Origin: Balneolales bacterium
GTDB lineage: Bacteria; Bacteroidota; Rhodothermia; Balneolales; Natronogracilivirgulaceae
Direction of reading: 5' to 3'
DNA: 64,000 nucleotides
NCBI GenBank assembly: GCA_040905705.1
Contig: JBBDQZ010000076.1
Location: 1,403-65,402 of the forward strand
The notes below the pieces were generated by a model. That model was given only the letters and a program-made list of their open reading frames with translations, searched no databases and was not told where the DNA came from. Below are positions 18,377-28,812 of the stretch, in pieces (the first letter of the stretch is position 1; the number at the start of each line of letters is the position of its first letter). The position numbers and the translations under genes are program-made.

Positions 18377-19564
18377 TCATGTAAAATATATTGGGTTTGG
18401 GCTAATACAAAGAAAAAAGATAATCATACATAACCAGCCGAGGATTTTCCTTCCAGGCGTGAGTGGGTGTTCATCTATAACGGGCGGATGTTCTATTCTG
18501 ACCAGGAAGACAATAAACAATGCCCAAAATATCCAGATAGTGAATCCAGAAAAACGGTTGGAATCAAATAATGCCAGAAGGAACATAGTCAGAAATAATA
18601 CAATAGCCCACCCGCTGAAAGTCCATGTTTTTTGCCTCTGAAATCCGCGATCCATGAGAATCAATGAAAGCAAAGCCCAGATTATCCATGTTGTAAGATT
18701 CAACGGCACATCATAACCGGCAAGAATAGTCTTGATCAATGGCACTGCTCCGAGTCCGGCCAGTATCATAACGGCAATGAAAAAAATACGTGCAATAAGA
18801 CGGTGTCGACGGTACCCTGTCAAAGTGTACAGAATGTGTCCACCATCGAGTTGTCCCACGGGAAGCAGGTTTAAAGCAGTAAAAAACAGTCCGAGCCAAC
18901 CCGCAAAAAGAAAGGGGTAATGGTAGAGTTCCCACATCGGGGGGACGTTGTCGAAAAACGATGCTAACAGTGAAAAAAGCAGTGTGTTTCCAAGGACCAT
19001 GACCTCTTGCTGGTTGTTATTTTCATCGGATACCAGCTTGTCGGGAAAAGATCCGTGCTCTGAGATATATTCATTCAGTGTTTCATGCCCGGTGAAATTT
19101 TGCATGTAATCCGGATCAGGGAGCGTGATAAAACCGTAAAGCAAAATGATGAGTGCGATAATGAACCCACTGATGGGCCCGGCCGCACCCACGTCAAACA
19201 TCTTAATGGAATCCTGTATCTGGCTTTTAATTCGAATAATGGCACCCAGTGTGCCAATGGGGGAAAGAGGAAAAGGAATAAAAAAGGGAAGTGTCGCGGT
19301 AATACGGTGTCGAACCGCAGCAAAATAGTGGCCAAATTCGTGGACCGTTAAAAAGCCAAGTAAAAGTATTGCAAACAAGACCCCTTCCCAAAATACCATC
19401 TCTTTGAGATGGTAAAATCCGGTGCCTGATAACAGGTCAACCCCCTCTGGTAATGCCGCTGTGTGGCCGACAAATAATGTACCGGCAACAGATACCGAGA
19501 TGAAAGTTAATAGAAAGAGTAACGTATGGCGAAAAATGATCCATAAGCTTAATTCATTATGCAC
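18377..19564 (-). CDS. Site-2 protease family (M50) membrane metalloprotease
   Basis: HEFGHYFAA zinc motif and NLLPVGQLDGGH second motif in a polytopic protein with no PDZ domain. Confidence 0.85.
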   Translation of the reverse strand: MHNELSLWIIFRHTLLFLLTFISVSVAGTLFVGHTAALPEGVDLLSGTGFYHLKEMVFWEGVLFAILLLGFLTVHEFGHYFAAVRHRITATLPFFIPFPLSPIGTLGAIIRIKSQIQDSIKMFDVGAAGPISGFIIALIILLYGFITLPDPDYMQNFTGHETLNEYISEHGSFPDKLVSDENNNQQEVMVLGNTLLFSLLASFFDNVPPMWELYHYPFLFAGWLGLFFTALNLLPVGQLDGGHILYTLTGYRRHRLIARIFFIAVMILAGLGAVPLIKTILAGYDVPLNLTTWIIWALLSLILMDRGFQRQKTWTFSGWAIVLFLTMFLLALFDSNRFSGFTIWIFWALFIVFLVRIEHPPVIDEHPLTPGRKILGWLCMIIFFLCISPNPIYFT

Positions 19565-19581
19565 AAATTACCTCCGGTTAT

Positions 19582-20874
19582 TCAAACTGGTTCAAGATGA
19601 CGGTTAATGGGAAGAGTCATGCATCGGGCACCACCCCGGCCACGGCATAGCTCGTTTCCCTGAAATGAAATGGCGATCTTTCCGGAAGAATCCGGATCAA
19701 ATGGACGGTCATTGTATATGTCGTTAAACTCATGTTGATTCATAATGCGGTATCCATGCCTGGCAAGTGCGTCAAAGGTGTTCGTGTTGCGATCGTAACC
19801 GACCACTATCCCGGGAGCCAATGCAAAAATGTTGGCACCATCGGTCCACTGTTCCCGGAATTGGTTGGTTATATTATCCCCACCACAGTTTATGAAAGTA
19901 AGTGAACGTTCCAGTAACTCTTCCAGTGTTTGTTTCAGGGACTTTTTCTGTTCAACTACTATTCGCCCGTTCAAGTGGGAAAATATCGATATGTTGTCGG
20001 TTCGGTCTGTGATGGCCGGAGGAAAGACAATGCATTCATCCGGACTTGCGAAGGTAAAAATGGTATCCAGATGCATGGATGATCGATGTTTGGGGATATC
20101 TACAGCGATCACGTGGTGAACTCCACGCTTAAGAAGCTGATGGGTGATGCTCATCAGGCCGCTGAAAGTGGTACGTTCACTCATGCCGATCATCACAATC
20201 TCCGGAGATACGACCAGTATGTCTCCGCCCTCCACACTATCCTGTTTGCCAATGCGGATGATGTTGTGCGGCCCGGCGGGACGGTGGATTTGCGTACCAT
20301 CCGGACCGGTTTTTTGTTCGATGCCCTCTGTATTGTTCGGCAAAAGAAAATACCTGACTACTGTTTCCATCAGCAGGAACTCACGGATTCTTGCCGGCTT
20401 GGCGGCTCTGGAAATGATGAACAGTTCGTTGACAACAGCGGCCAGGTCACGGGTGAATAGCAGGTTGGGTGCCGGATCAAGAGAGATGTTTGAGATTTCC
20501 GGTGTTGAACCGGTGATGATGAAGTCAAGCAGGGACGCCGGCTCCAGGTGCAACAGTTGATCGTGGAGCAGGGAAAGGCCGCTTGCCGGGAAAGAACGGA
20601 TCAGTTCATCGATATAAAACCGGCGGGCCTGGTCATTGGTAAAAGTTTCCAGTGCGAGATCACAGATCTCAAAAACCTGACTTCGATCGGGCAGAGAAGT
20701 ACGGATGATCTCGATCAAATCGAGATGTTCCTGTTGGGCATCCGCTTCGAAAATGATGTCGTCAAACAGAAGCTGTTCTCGAATCTCCGGATTGACGAGA
20801 GAGACTTCTTTTCCCGGAGTGTGAACAATGACGGCTTCCAGCCGGCCCGTTTCAGAATGAACCTGTATTTTCAT
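19582..20874 (-). CDS. Arginine deiminase family protein
   Basis: SETGRLEAVIVHTPG N-terminus, HLDT segment and C-terminal GGARCMTLP with the catalytic Cys. Confidence 0.8.
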   Translation of the reverse strand: MKIQVHSETGRLEAVIVHTPGKEVSLVNPEIREQLLFDDIIFEADAQQEHLDLIEIIRTSLPDRSQVFEICDLALETFTNDQARRFYIDELIRSFPASGLSLLHDQLLHLEPASLLDFIITGSTPEISNISLDPAPNLLFTRDLAAVVNELFIISRAAKPARIREFLLMETVVRYFLLPNNTEGIEQKTGPDGTQIHRPAGPHNIIRIGKQDSVEGGDILVVSPEIVMIGMSERTTFSGLMSITHQLLKRGVHHVIAVDIPKHRSSMHLDTIFTFASPDECIVFPPAITDRTDNISIFSHLNGRIVVEQKKSLKQTLEELLERSLTFINCGGDNITNQFREQWTDGANIFALAPGIVVGYDRNTNTFDALARHGYRIMNQHEFNDIYNDRPFDPDSSGKIAISFQGNELCRGRGGARCMTLPINRHLEPV

Positions 20875-20932
20875 GGTTGTTTGGGTAGGCTCCTACGGCA
20901 TATGGCACCTGTAATTCCAGACGGATCATAAA

Positions 20933-23413
20933 TCAGGTTTGCAAATACGGATTGAATGTTTTGGCAAGTGAGATAAATTGGTTCGATTGATCACGGTTTC
21001 CGTTCCGACGATGAATTTCCGCAGCGGACAGGAGGACTTCCGGATGGGTTGGTATGCGTTCGGTCATTTTTGTCAGTAATTCTGCAGCCCATTTGTAGTC
21101 TTTTTCGCCGATAGCGATCTTCAATCGGTAAAGTTCAAAATCTGCCGGCAATTCCGTTACGTCAGGTCGGGTACCTTGACCGGATGCGCTGTGTTCATCA
21201 AACCGGCCAGAGTCCATAGGCTGTTCAATTTCGATTGCCTGTATGTTGTCGTCCAATTTCTTCAAATACAACTTGCATCGCGAATAAATCGTCCGTTCAA
21301 AGTAAAAAGCGATGAGATCATGATAAAGCTGGATATCGGGCGGATGGGAATCCAGTTGCTGCTCCAGGTGCCGTAGCGTCTCCCGCTGATTAGCGGCCAT
21401 CATCAGGCGAATCAGTGCCTTCAGATCATCATAAGGAAACGCTGAATGGAATATTCGCGTTTTTTGCTCACTGGTGAACAGCTCATGAAAATAATCCAGC
21501 AAATGTTTTTCAGGATAGAACAGGTTGATGATGTTACCGAGCAATACAAGTTGTCGTAGCGGATCATCTTCGACGTGCTCAGCTGGAAATGGTGGCTCGA
21601 GATTCCAGTGTTTGTGAAATCGGGCGGCATTATGCCAGTATGCCTTGCTTCGCATGGAAAGTCCGAGATCACCGGTTGTTTGTCCGGAATAGTGTGTAAC
21701 CTGTTGCTGTTCGTCAACGACAATGCGGAATCCCTTTTTTTGTAGTCGACAGCAAAAATCGGCATCATCAAAGTAGGCCAACCCGTATTCTTTACTCATG
21801 GTCAGCCCGGGTTCATTCCGGAATGCCATGCAATATCCATCAACAAAATCGACTTCTTTGTAAAGATCGTTATGATTTTGATGGTTCTCCACCCGAATGG
21901 AGGAACCTTCATCTATATCCTGGGGCTCGTCGGCATAAGTATGTGAAGATGCAATGCGCTCGATTAATTGGGCACGATGCCAGGTACGATCGGCTTTGGG
22001 CGTGACAAGTCCGATATCGGGATTTTTTTCAATGATTTGGGCTAAACGTGCAGGAACAGGATTTTTCAGTATTACATCGTTATGCATAACGACTACGCAA
22101 CCTTTACCGGCTTTGGCTAGCCCCTGATTAACGGCAGCGGCAAATCCGAGATTTTGATCATTGGTCAATACGGTCAAAGGCAGTTTCTTGCGCAACAATT
22201 GATCAAGGTATTCCGGGGTGTCGTCGACCGAGCCGTTATCTATGACAATCACTTGCGTGTGACCGGGAGAGGTAAAACGGAAGACAGAAGTCAGGCACTC
22301 TTCAAGAAGGGGACGACGGTTGGTTGCCGTCGGAATGATGATGGTTATATGTGGCTGGTTGTGAATTTCCTCATCTGAAGCGTCGGATAAGGCTTCAGGT
22401 TCACGGGTTGTAGGTTCGGGTTCAGGAGAAATGATGTTGGGCCCGGGAATGGATGATTCAGCATCCGGATCGCCTTCAGAAAGTTGAGCGTCTGATTCAG
22501 GTTGTGTTCCGGACGGAGTTTTATCGGGGTCAACGGGGATGGCAACTGTAGTGTTAAGAGAAGACTCTGCATTATCTGATGACGCTGAAAATGGCAAAGA
22601 ATCTTCATAATAATCATCACGATCGGTATAATCATAGGAGCGAAGCATTTCCAATGCCTGTTCGATCACTACTTCAGACAGTCCAGAGGTCCGGAGCAGT
22701 GTCAAAACAAGTTCGGATTTCTCATAACCGGTTAAAATCCGGGGGCTGTTGTCCCCGGTTGAAAAAGGCTTGACAATTAGTGCCGGGCCGGAAAATTCGT
22801 TCAAACGAAGTGCCCATTCAAAAGCATGATGCGATGTATGATGCGGATCTATAAAAAATTGGTCAGGCTGGATTTTTTCAAGATCGAAAATAAAATTTCG
22901 CTCGAAAGGCAGCCCCCCTTCTTCGATCTGTTTCAGCCATCCGGTGGCCGATTCCGTGCTCCATTTTGAGATGGTCTGCAAGCGCTGTGTCTTATCCGAA
23001 TTTGGGCCGGTTTCCGGGACTGATAAGTTGGATTTGCCATCAAAATCGGTGGCCACAACGGCATCGGATGAAGAAAGGGCAGTTAATGTATCGGATAATT
23101 GATCTGCATCAACCGTTTCAAGGGATTCCGGAATCCATAAAAATCTTCCATGTACCTGTTCGAGAATAGCATTAATACTATTGCCACGACCCCTTGCCGG
23201 TTGCTGTTCGTAATACCAGGATTGATTGTGCTGATAATGCTCAATCATGGAACGAATAGTCTCCGCGCTACCATCCGTAGAATGATCATCAATAAAAATG
23301 AATTCACAAGGAATGCGATGGATAGCATAAAGAGCTCTGAGTGTTGGTTTAATCCACTCTATCTTGTTGTGAAACACACAAATGACAGATAATGTCGGGG
23401 CTGGCGTATGCAC
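20933..23413 (-). CDS. Large tandem family-2 glycosyltransferase with acidic/Pro-rich linker and TPR-like C-terminus
   Basis: Two GT2-A modules (LSVICVFHN...IDDHSTDGS and ITIIIPT...VIDNGSVDDT...MHNDV), a P/E/S-rich linker and a helical repeat tail. GTG start. Confidence 0.8.
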   Translation of the reverse strand: MHTPAPTLSVICVFHNKIEWIKPTLRALYAIHRIPCEFIFIDDHSTDGSAETIRSMIEHYQHNQSWYYEQQPARGRGNSINAILEQVHGRFLWIPESLETVDADQLSDTLTALSSSDAVVATDFDGKSNLSVPETGPNSDKTQRLQTISKWSTESATGWLKQIEEGGLPFERNFIFDLEKIQPDQFFIDPHHTSHHAFEWALRLNEFSGPALIVKPFSTGDNSPRILTGYEKSELVLTLLRTSGLSEVVIEQALEMLRSYDYTDRDDYYEDSLPFSASSDNAESSLNTTVAIPVDPDKTPSGTQPESDAQLSEGDPDAESSIPGPNIISPEPEPTTREPEALSDASDEEIHNQPHITIIIPTATNRRPLLEECLTSVFRFTSPGHTQVIVIDNGSVDDTPEYLDQLLRKKLPLTVLTNDQNLGFAAAVNQGLAKAGKGCVVVMHNDVILKNPVPARLAQIIEKNPDIGLVTPKADRTWHRAQLIERIASSHTYADEPQDIDEGSSIRVENHQNHNDLYKEVDFVDGYCMAFRNEPGLTMSKEYGLAYFDDADFCCRLQKKGFRIVVDEQQQVTHYSGQTTGDLGLSMRSKAYWHNAARFHKHWNLEPPFPAEHVEDDPLRQLVLLGNIINLFYPEKHLLDYFHELFTSEQKTRIFHSAFPYDDLKALIRLMMAANQRETLRHLEQQLDSHPPDIQLYHDLIAFYFERTIYSRCKLYLKKLDDNIQAIEIEQPMDSGRFDEHSASGQGTRPDVTELPADFELYRLKIAIGEKDYKWAAELLTKMTERIPTHPEVLLSAAEIHRRNGNRDQSNQFISLAKTFNPYLQT

Positions 23414-23602
23414 GATGGAAAATTTGTAACTGATTTGTAATGTTCAACAGGCAATATACTATGATATTTCGCCGTAGTCGAGAACCGTGTTCATTTTGAG
23501 TGGACAATGAAAGGGATATATAACGGGAGGAATATTCTATATGGACAGCATAAAAGTTGAATTTTTTGTAAATTGCAGGAGTATATTAAATCTAAATTTA
23601 GA

Positions 23603-25201
23603 ATGATTTCTGTGCAAAATAATGGAATTGCTACGGCGGTAACTTCCAGACGTACGTTCGCCATCATATCCCATCCCGATGCCGGTAAAACCACGTTGAC
23701 CGAAAAACTTTTGCTCTATGGAGGCGCGATTCATGAGGCCGGTTCCATCAAGCAAAGAAAAGCGACCCGGCATGCCGCCTCAGACTGGATGGCGATTGAA
23801 CAGGAGCGTGGTATTTCCGTGACCTCATCTGTTCTGCGGTTTGAGAAAGACGGTATCCGGTACAATCTGCTGGATACGCCTGGCCACAAAGATTTTTCTG
23901 AAGATACTTTTCGGACTCTCATTGCAGCCGATTCTGCCCTGATGGTGATCGACGTCGCTAAAGGAGTTGAAGAACAGACCGAAAAATTATTTGAAGTATG
24001 CCGGCTGCGGAAAATTCCGGTGATCACTTTTGTGAATAAATGCGACCGCCCCGGTATGGATCCGCTGGAAGTGCTGAGTAATATTGAAAGCAAGCTTGGA
24101 ATCACGGCGATTCCGGCAAGCTGGCCGCTCGGCTATGCCGCTGACTTTCAGGGAGTTTATGATCTGATTGGCAAGGAACTTCATTTGTACAAAAAGAACA
24201 GACACGGAGTGCATAAAGCCGATGCTGAATTGATGTTGCTTGAAGAAGGGCTGAAAAAGAGTACGCTGGGAGATGGGTTCAGAAATGAGTATATGGAAGA
24301 AGTATCTCTTATCAGTGATGAGTTTGATAACATGGACAAAGAAAAGTTCGGGAAAGGGGAAGCTACTCCCGTCTTTTTTGGATCGGCATTAAACAATTTC
24401 GGGCTCGATCTTTTTTTGAACTATTTTTCCCGGCTGGCTCCGCCTCCGCAGTCCTATATGGCAGACCATGGGGAGATGCATCAACTTGAAAAAGACTTTT
24501 CCGGTTTTGTGTTCAAGCTTCAGGCTAACATGAATCCCGACCATCGGGATTGTACGGCATTTGTACGGGTGGCTTCCGGAATATTCAAGCGGGGGATGGA
24601 AGTAACACTTGCAGATAATGGCCGAAAAATTCGTATGACGACACCGCATAGCCTGATGGGAGAGGAACGAACGCTGCTGGATGTTGCCTACCCCGGCGAT
24701 ATTGTTGCACTGTTCAATCCCGGCGATTTCCGTATCGGGAGCACACTGTATGCTGAGGACCCCGTAAATTTTGATGTGATTCCATTGTTTTCACCGGAGC
24801 ATTTTCGCAAGGCGTCCTCCATGGATCCGTTCAAGAGAAAACAATTGAGAGAAGGACTCAAGCAGCTTTCTGAAGAGGGTGTGGTCAATGTATTTGAAAT
24901 GCCGCATGGTGTAGGCAATGAATTGTTGTTGGGAACGGTCGGGGCGCTACAGTTTGAAGTGGTGGAACATCGTATGAAGACCGAGTACAAAGCTGATATA
25001 TCTCTGAGCCCTACTTCCTACATGGCGGCACGCTGGCTTCCGGAAGACAAGGAAGTCATTGCGAAACTGAAATCGGCGTATTCGACCAGTGTGACATTTG
25101 ATATTGAGGGCAATCCGATAGTACTGTTTGAAAGTATGTATGCATTGAATTCAGCTATCGAATCGGTCGGAGAAGAGAATTTACTTAAATTCAAAAAGTA
25201 A
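23603..25201 (+). CDS. prfC: Peptide chain release factor 3
   Basis: RRTFAIISHPDAGKTTLTEKLL, DTPGHKDF and NKCDR GTPase motifs, with full-length RF3 similarity. The ATG at 23603 lies inside an ORF that opens at 23573. Confidence 0.95.
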   Translation: MISVQNNGIATAVTSRRTFAIISHPDAGKTTLTEKLLLYGGAIHEAGSIKQRKATRHAASDWMAIEQERGISVTSSVLRFEKDGIRYNLLDTPGHKDFSEDTFRTLIAADSALMVIDVAKGVEEQTEKLFEVCRLRKIPVITFVNKCDRPGMDPLEVLSNIESKLGITAIPASWPLGYAADFQGVYDLIGKELHLYKKNRHGVHKADAELMLLEEGLKKSTLGDGFRNEYMEEVSLISDEFDNMDKEKFGKGEATPVFFGSALNNFGLDLFLNYFSRLAPPPQSYMADHGEMHQLEKDFSGFVFKLQANMNPDHRDCTAFVRVASGIFKRGMEVTLADNGRKIRMTTPHSLMGEERTLLDVAYPGDIVALFNPGDFRIGSTLYAEDPVNFDVIPLFSPEHFRKASSMDPFKRKQLREGLKQLSEEGVVNVFEMPHGVGNELLLGTVGALQFEVVEHRMKTEYKADISLSPTSYMAARWLPEDKEVIAKLKSAYSTSVTFDIEGNPIVLFESMYALNSAIESVGEENLLKFKK

Positions 25202-25376
25202 GAGCTCATCTGGTCACATGATGTTCGGTTTTGTAGAGACGCAGGTGTTACTCCGGACGGGTAGCTCTATCGAAAAACGAGACCATTTCTGTTCTGTACA
25301 TGTAAGGATTCCACAGTTACCTGATCTTGTGTAATATGTAATATTTCGATGTGGATGAACTCATGGATGAACAATT

Positions 25377-26042
25377 ATGTGGAAAAGGAAATGGTTTTTC
25401 TGGTTGGAGACGTTGCAGATTACACCGGGAGAAAGGCGTGTATTAATCACCCTCATCTCCATTTCATTGATTGTGTCTGGTGTAAATCTCTGTTGGCCAT
25501 CAGCTACGGTATACAATTCCGATTATTACAAGCCGATAATTTATGAATTTGAGCGACTTTCCAATATCAGGCAAAAAGAACGAGAGGTGGTACTGGCCCG
25601 TTACGATCCTCCGGCTGAAACGGACAGGGGGCTTTTTGCCGTATTGTTCGAACAGCACCGATTTTCAGGTTCGTCACGAATAATGTACCGATTGAGCGGG
25701 AGCGGTTTAAATAATAAAGCGGGTTACCGGCGTGTTGATTTGCATAGGGAGCCTGCTGCAGGTAAGAGCCCTCGTCAAGAAAAAGTACAAGTCCCGGGAA
25801 CATCAGGGCAGTATCATGGTAAATCCGGTGACCATTCCAACGGTCCTGAACCGGTAGATTTACATAAAGCCGGGAAGGAAGAGTTGATAACGCTTCCAGG
25901 TATCGGTCCGGTTATCGCTGAGCGAATCATTGCCTATCGTAAAGAAAACGGTTGTTTTAAAAAGCCGGAGGATTTGCTGAACGTGTCGGGAATTGGACCC
26001 GTTACATTGGAGCATCTCAGGCCGTATATTCTGATTGAGTGA
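25377..26042 (+). CDS. comEA: ComEA-family helix-hairpin-helix DNA-binding protein
   Basis: N-terminal TM anchor and a C-terminal tandem HhH (LITLPGIGPVIAERII..R...F...EDLLNVSGIGPVTLE). Confidence 0.8.
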   Translation: MWKRKWFFWLETLQITPGERRVLITLISISLIVSGVNLCWPSATVYNSDYYKPIIYEFERLSNIRQKEREVVLARYDPPAETDRGLFAVLFEQHRFSGSSRIMYRLSGSGLNNKAGYRRVDLHREPAAGKSPRQEKVQVPGTSGQYHGKSGDHSNGPEPVDLHKAGKEELITLPGIGPVIAERIIAYRKENGCFKKPEDLLNVSGIGPVTLEHLRPYILIE

Positions 26043-26318
26043 TGGGCTGTACCATCGCATCTTAACCTATATGTCAGATGGAAGGTATTTGGCAAGTGCA
26101 CTGTTGCCGGATATCATGCGTTATAAATATTCACGGTCACGGAATGTGTATAGATAATATGGCTGTTATTCATATGTAGGTCATGAAGCTTCCATAGCAA
26201 TGCCCTTGACACACTAGCAAATGATTAATGCATGGATATGCGATCTGCATTATGCGTCAGTATGTTTTAATCAGAGGAAACACATTTAAATAATGAATAA
26301 ACATTACTGTAAATATTA

Positions 26319-27872
26319 ATGAGTATAAACATTTTATGGGTGGACGATGAGATAGATCAGCTGAAGCCTCACATGATTTTTTTGGAAAAAAAAGGGTATG
26401 AGGTAACGCCTGTAACGAATGGCGAAGACGCTGTGGCGCTGGTTGGTGAGCGGAAATTTGATATTATTTTCCTGGATGAGCAGATGCCCGGAATGGACGG
26501 TATAGCTACGTTGAATAAACTAAAAACACGGCAACCCGGCATTCCGGTTATCATGATTACCAAGAGTGAGGAAGAGGAAATCATGGAAGATGCTATCGGT
26601 GCCAGAATTTCAGACTATCTCATCAAGCCTGTCAATCCCAATCAGATACTTTTAACTGTCAAACGAATTCTGGACCGGCGTAGAATCCGTGATGAAAAAT
26701 CAGCTCAATCCTACCTCCAAAGCTTTAACGAGATTACAATGATGATCAATGATCAGCCGGAGTGGAGGGACTGGATCAAAATATATCGTCTATTGACTAA
26801 TTGGAATTTGGAGCTGAAAGATAGTGAGGAAGGCCTTCAGCAGGTATTACAAGACCAGTTTCAAACGGCCAATGCAGAGTTTGGCAAGTTTATTGAAAAT
26901 GAATACTACGACTGGTTACGAGCCAGCCGGGATGAACGACCCATGCTTTCTCCCGATATTGTAAATGAGGCGGTTATACCAGTTATAAAGCAAGGGAAAA
27001 GTACTTTTTTATTCCTGATTGATTGTATGAGGTATGATCAATGGCTGGTTTTTGAACAGATGTTAGCACCATATTACCAAATAGAGACAGATTTTTATTA
27101 TTCCATTCTGCCTACGGCAACCCCTTACTCAAGAAATGCAATATTTGCCGGATTGTATCCATCTCAGATAGAGCAGCACTATCCCAATCTCTGGATGCAA
27201 AGCGATGAAAACGAATTGTCTTTGAATCAATACGAAGAGGAACTGCTTGAGGATCAGTTTAAAAGAAAAAAAACAGGCATCAAACCAAAGTACGAAAAAA
27301 TACTGCAAACGATTGAAGGTCGGAGAATATCTGACAAAATTCTTAATTATGTTCAATTGCCGTTTAGTGCATTTGTTTTCAATTTTGTAGACACCCTGGT
27401 CCACTCCCGTTCCGATTCCCGGGTTCTCAAAGAAATTGCTCCCGATGTACCTGCCTTTCGTGAATTAACACGCACCTGGTTTGCCCATTCGTCATTATTC
27501 CAGATGTTGCAAAAACTCTCCAAGCAGGATGTCCATATAATCATCACAACAGATCACGGTTCCATACGAGCCATGCGCGATACCAAAGTTCTGGGCGATC
27601 GCGATACATCGACCGGTCTGAGATACAAGTATGGCCGACATCTTCGCGGTGATGAATCAGCTGCTATTTATATCGATAACCCGGCCGACTATTTTTTGCC
27701 GAGGTCGAATATGAACTCCAACTATATAATTGCAAAAGAGGATTATTATTTTGTGTATCCCACCAATTACAACAAATTTCAAAACAAATATAGAGATTCT
27801 TTTCAGCATGGAGGGGCTTCCATGGAAGAAATGATTCTGCCATTGGCAAATCTGCGTCCCATACAATCCTGA
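26319..27872 (+). CDS. porX: PorX-type response regulator (REC domain + PglZ/alkaline-phosphatase-superfamily domain)
   Basis: REC domain (ILWVDDE...[11 protein letters not shown]...KP) is fused to a PglZ domain. At 517 aa it matches the size and architecture of the T9SS regulator PorX. Confidence 0.7.
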   Translation: MSINILWVDDEIDQLKPHMIFLEKKGYEVTPVTNGEDAVALVGERKFDIIFLDEQMPGMDGIATLNKLKTRQPGIPVIMITKSEEEEIMEDAIGARISDYLIKPVNPNQILLTVKRILDRRRIRDEKSAQSYLQSFNEITMMINDQPEWRDWIKIYRLLTNWNLELKDSEEGLQQVLQDQFQTANAEFGKFIENEYYDWLRASRDERPMLSPDIVNEAVIPVIKQGKSTFLFLIDCMRYDQWLVFEQMLAPYYQIETDFYYSILPTATPYSRNAIFAGLYPSQIEQHYPNLWMQSDENELSLNQYEEELLEDQFKRKKTGIKPKYEKILQTIEGRRISDKILNYVQLPFSAFVFNFVDTLVHSRSDSRVLKEIAPDVPAFRELTRTWFAHSSLFQMLQKLSKQDVHIIITTDHGSIRAMRDTKVLGDRDTSTGLRYKYGRHLRGDESAAIYIDNPADYFLPRSNMNSNYIIAKEDYYFVYPTNYNKFQNKYRDSFQHGGASMEEMILPLANLRPIQS

Positions 27873-28027
27873 AAGTGACTCAAGTATATATATTCTTATG
27901 ACAAGAATGGCTACAATTGATTATTTCTGCTGAGATGGGAATCGATTTATTTAACCAGGGGTTACGGCGCGCGTGATTTGCACATGGGTGCTCCATCTGA
28001 CATTATGAATCTGGAAAATTTAGACAG

Positions 28028-28504
28028 ATGAATTCAGAATCTGACGAGTTGTCGGGTTTATTGTCCGGCGAACAAACAACTATCTCAGGAATTCGTTCGG
28101 TATCGGAGCAGGAAACCCTCCGGATTGCTGAAAAATTTGCCGTTTGTCTGAAGCCGGGAGACGTTGTACTGTTGAAGGGGGATTTAGGTGCGGGAAAAAC
28201 CCATTTCATTAAAGGGGTAGCCTGCTATTTTGGAATTTTGCCTGAAGAAGTTTTGTCCCCGACGTTCTCCCTTATCCATGAATATCAGGGGAAAGTGCCA
28301 ATCTATCATCTTGACTGTTATAGATTACTTCAATCTCATCAAGCTCTGGAAATGGGTATTGAAGAGTATCTTTATGGGGATGGCATATCCCTGATTGAAT
28401 GGCCGGAGAAAATAGCTTCGATGTTACCGGAAAACTACTGGGTCGTTGAATTGAAACATATTGATGAACAAATCCGGGAGATATCAATTTATCTACAGGT
28501 CTGA
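28028..28504 (+). CDS. tsaE: tRNA t6A37 biosynthesis ATPase TsaE
   Basis: Walker A GDLGAGKT, SPTF.L..EY and HLD.YR motifs. Confidence 0.9.
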   Translation: MNSESDELSGLLSGEQTTISGIRSVSEQETLRIAEKFAVCLKPGDVVLLKGDLGAGKTHFIKGVACYFGILPEEVLSPTFSLIHEYQGKVPIYHLDCYRLLQSHQALEMGIEEYLYGDGISLIEWPEKIASMLPENYWVVELKHIDEQIREISIYLQV

Positions 28505-28533
28505 ATTTTGTATCTTCTGCTTTCTGTTGGAGA

Positions 28534-28812
28534 ATGGAAACAAAACATTTGCCATACCGCATTGACCGGCTACCGGTCATTCTTCCTTTTCATCGCCGTG
28601 CTCTGAATGAATTGAGTACAGGAGACTTGGTATACTACGGTCCATGTCCGGAGTTCTACGGGATAGGTGAAGTGCTCAGGGTTATAGAAAGATATTGTAT
28701 TGTGGACTTTCGGGGGACCGGTGAATACAGTGTACACAAAGATGCTTTTGAGTCCCGATACCTTATTCCTATTCACAAGTTAAATCTCTCACATTTGCTT
28801 AAGAACATTTAA
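28534..28812 (+). CDS. Hypothetical small protein (92 aa)
   Basis: The ORF begins 30 nt after tsaE on the same strand. I recognise no family. Its 3' end overlaps the convergent symporter gene by 14 nt. Confidence 0.4.
   Translation: METKHLPYRIDRLPVILPFHRRALNELSTGDLVYYGPCPEFYGIGEVLRVIERYCIVDFRGTGEYSVHKDAFESRYLIPIHKLNLSHLLKNI

Noticed and set aside
26319-27872. PglZ domain as a marker of a BREX-type phage-defence system.
   Set aside because: The PglZ domain is fused to a receiver domain, which is the PorX architecture. No pglX methyltransferase, brxC ATPase, brxL or other BREX genes are nearby; the neighbours are comEA and tsaE.
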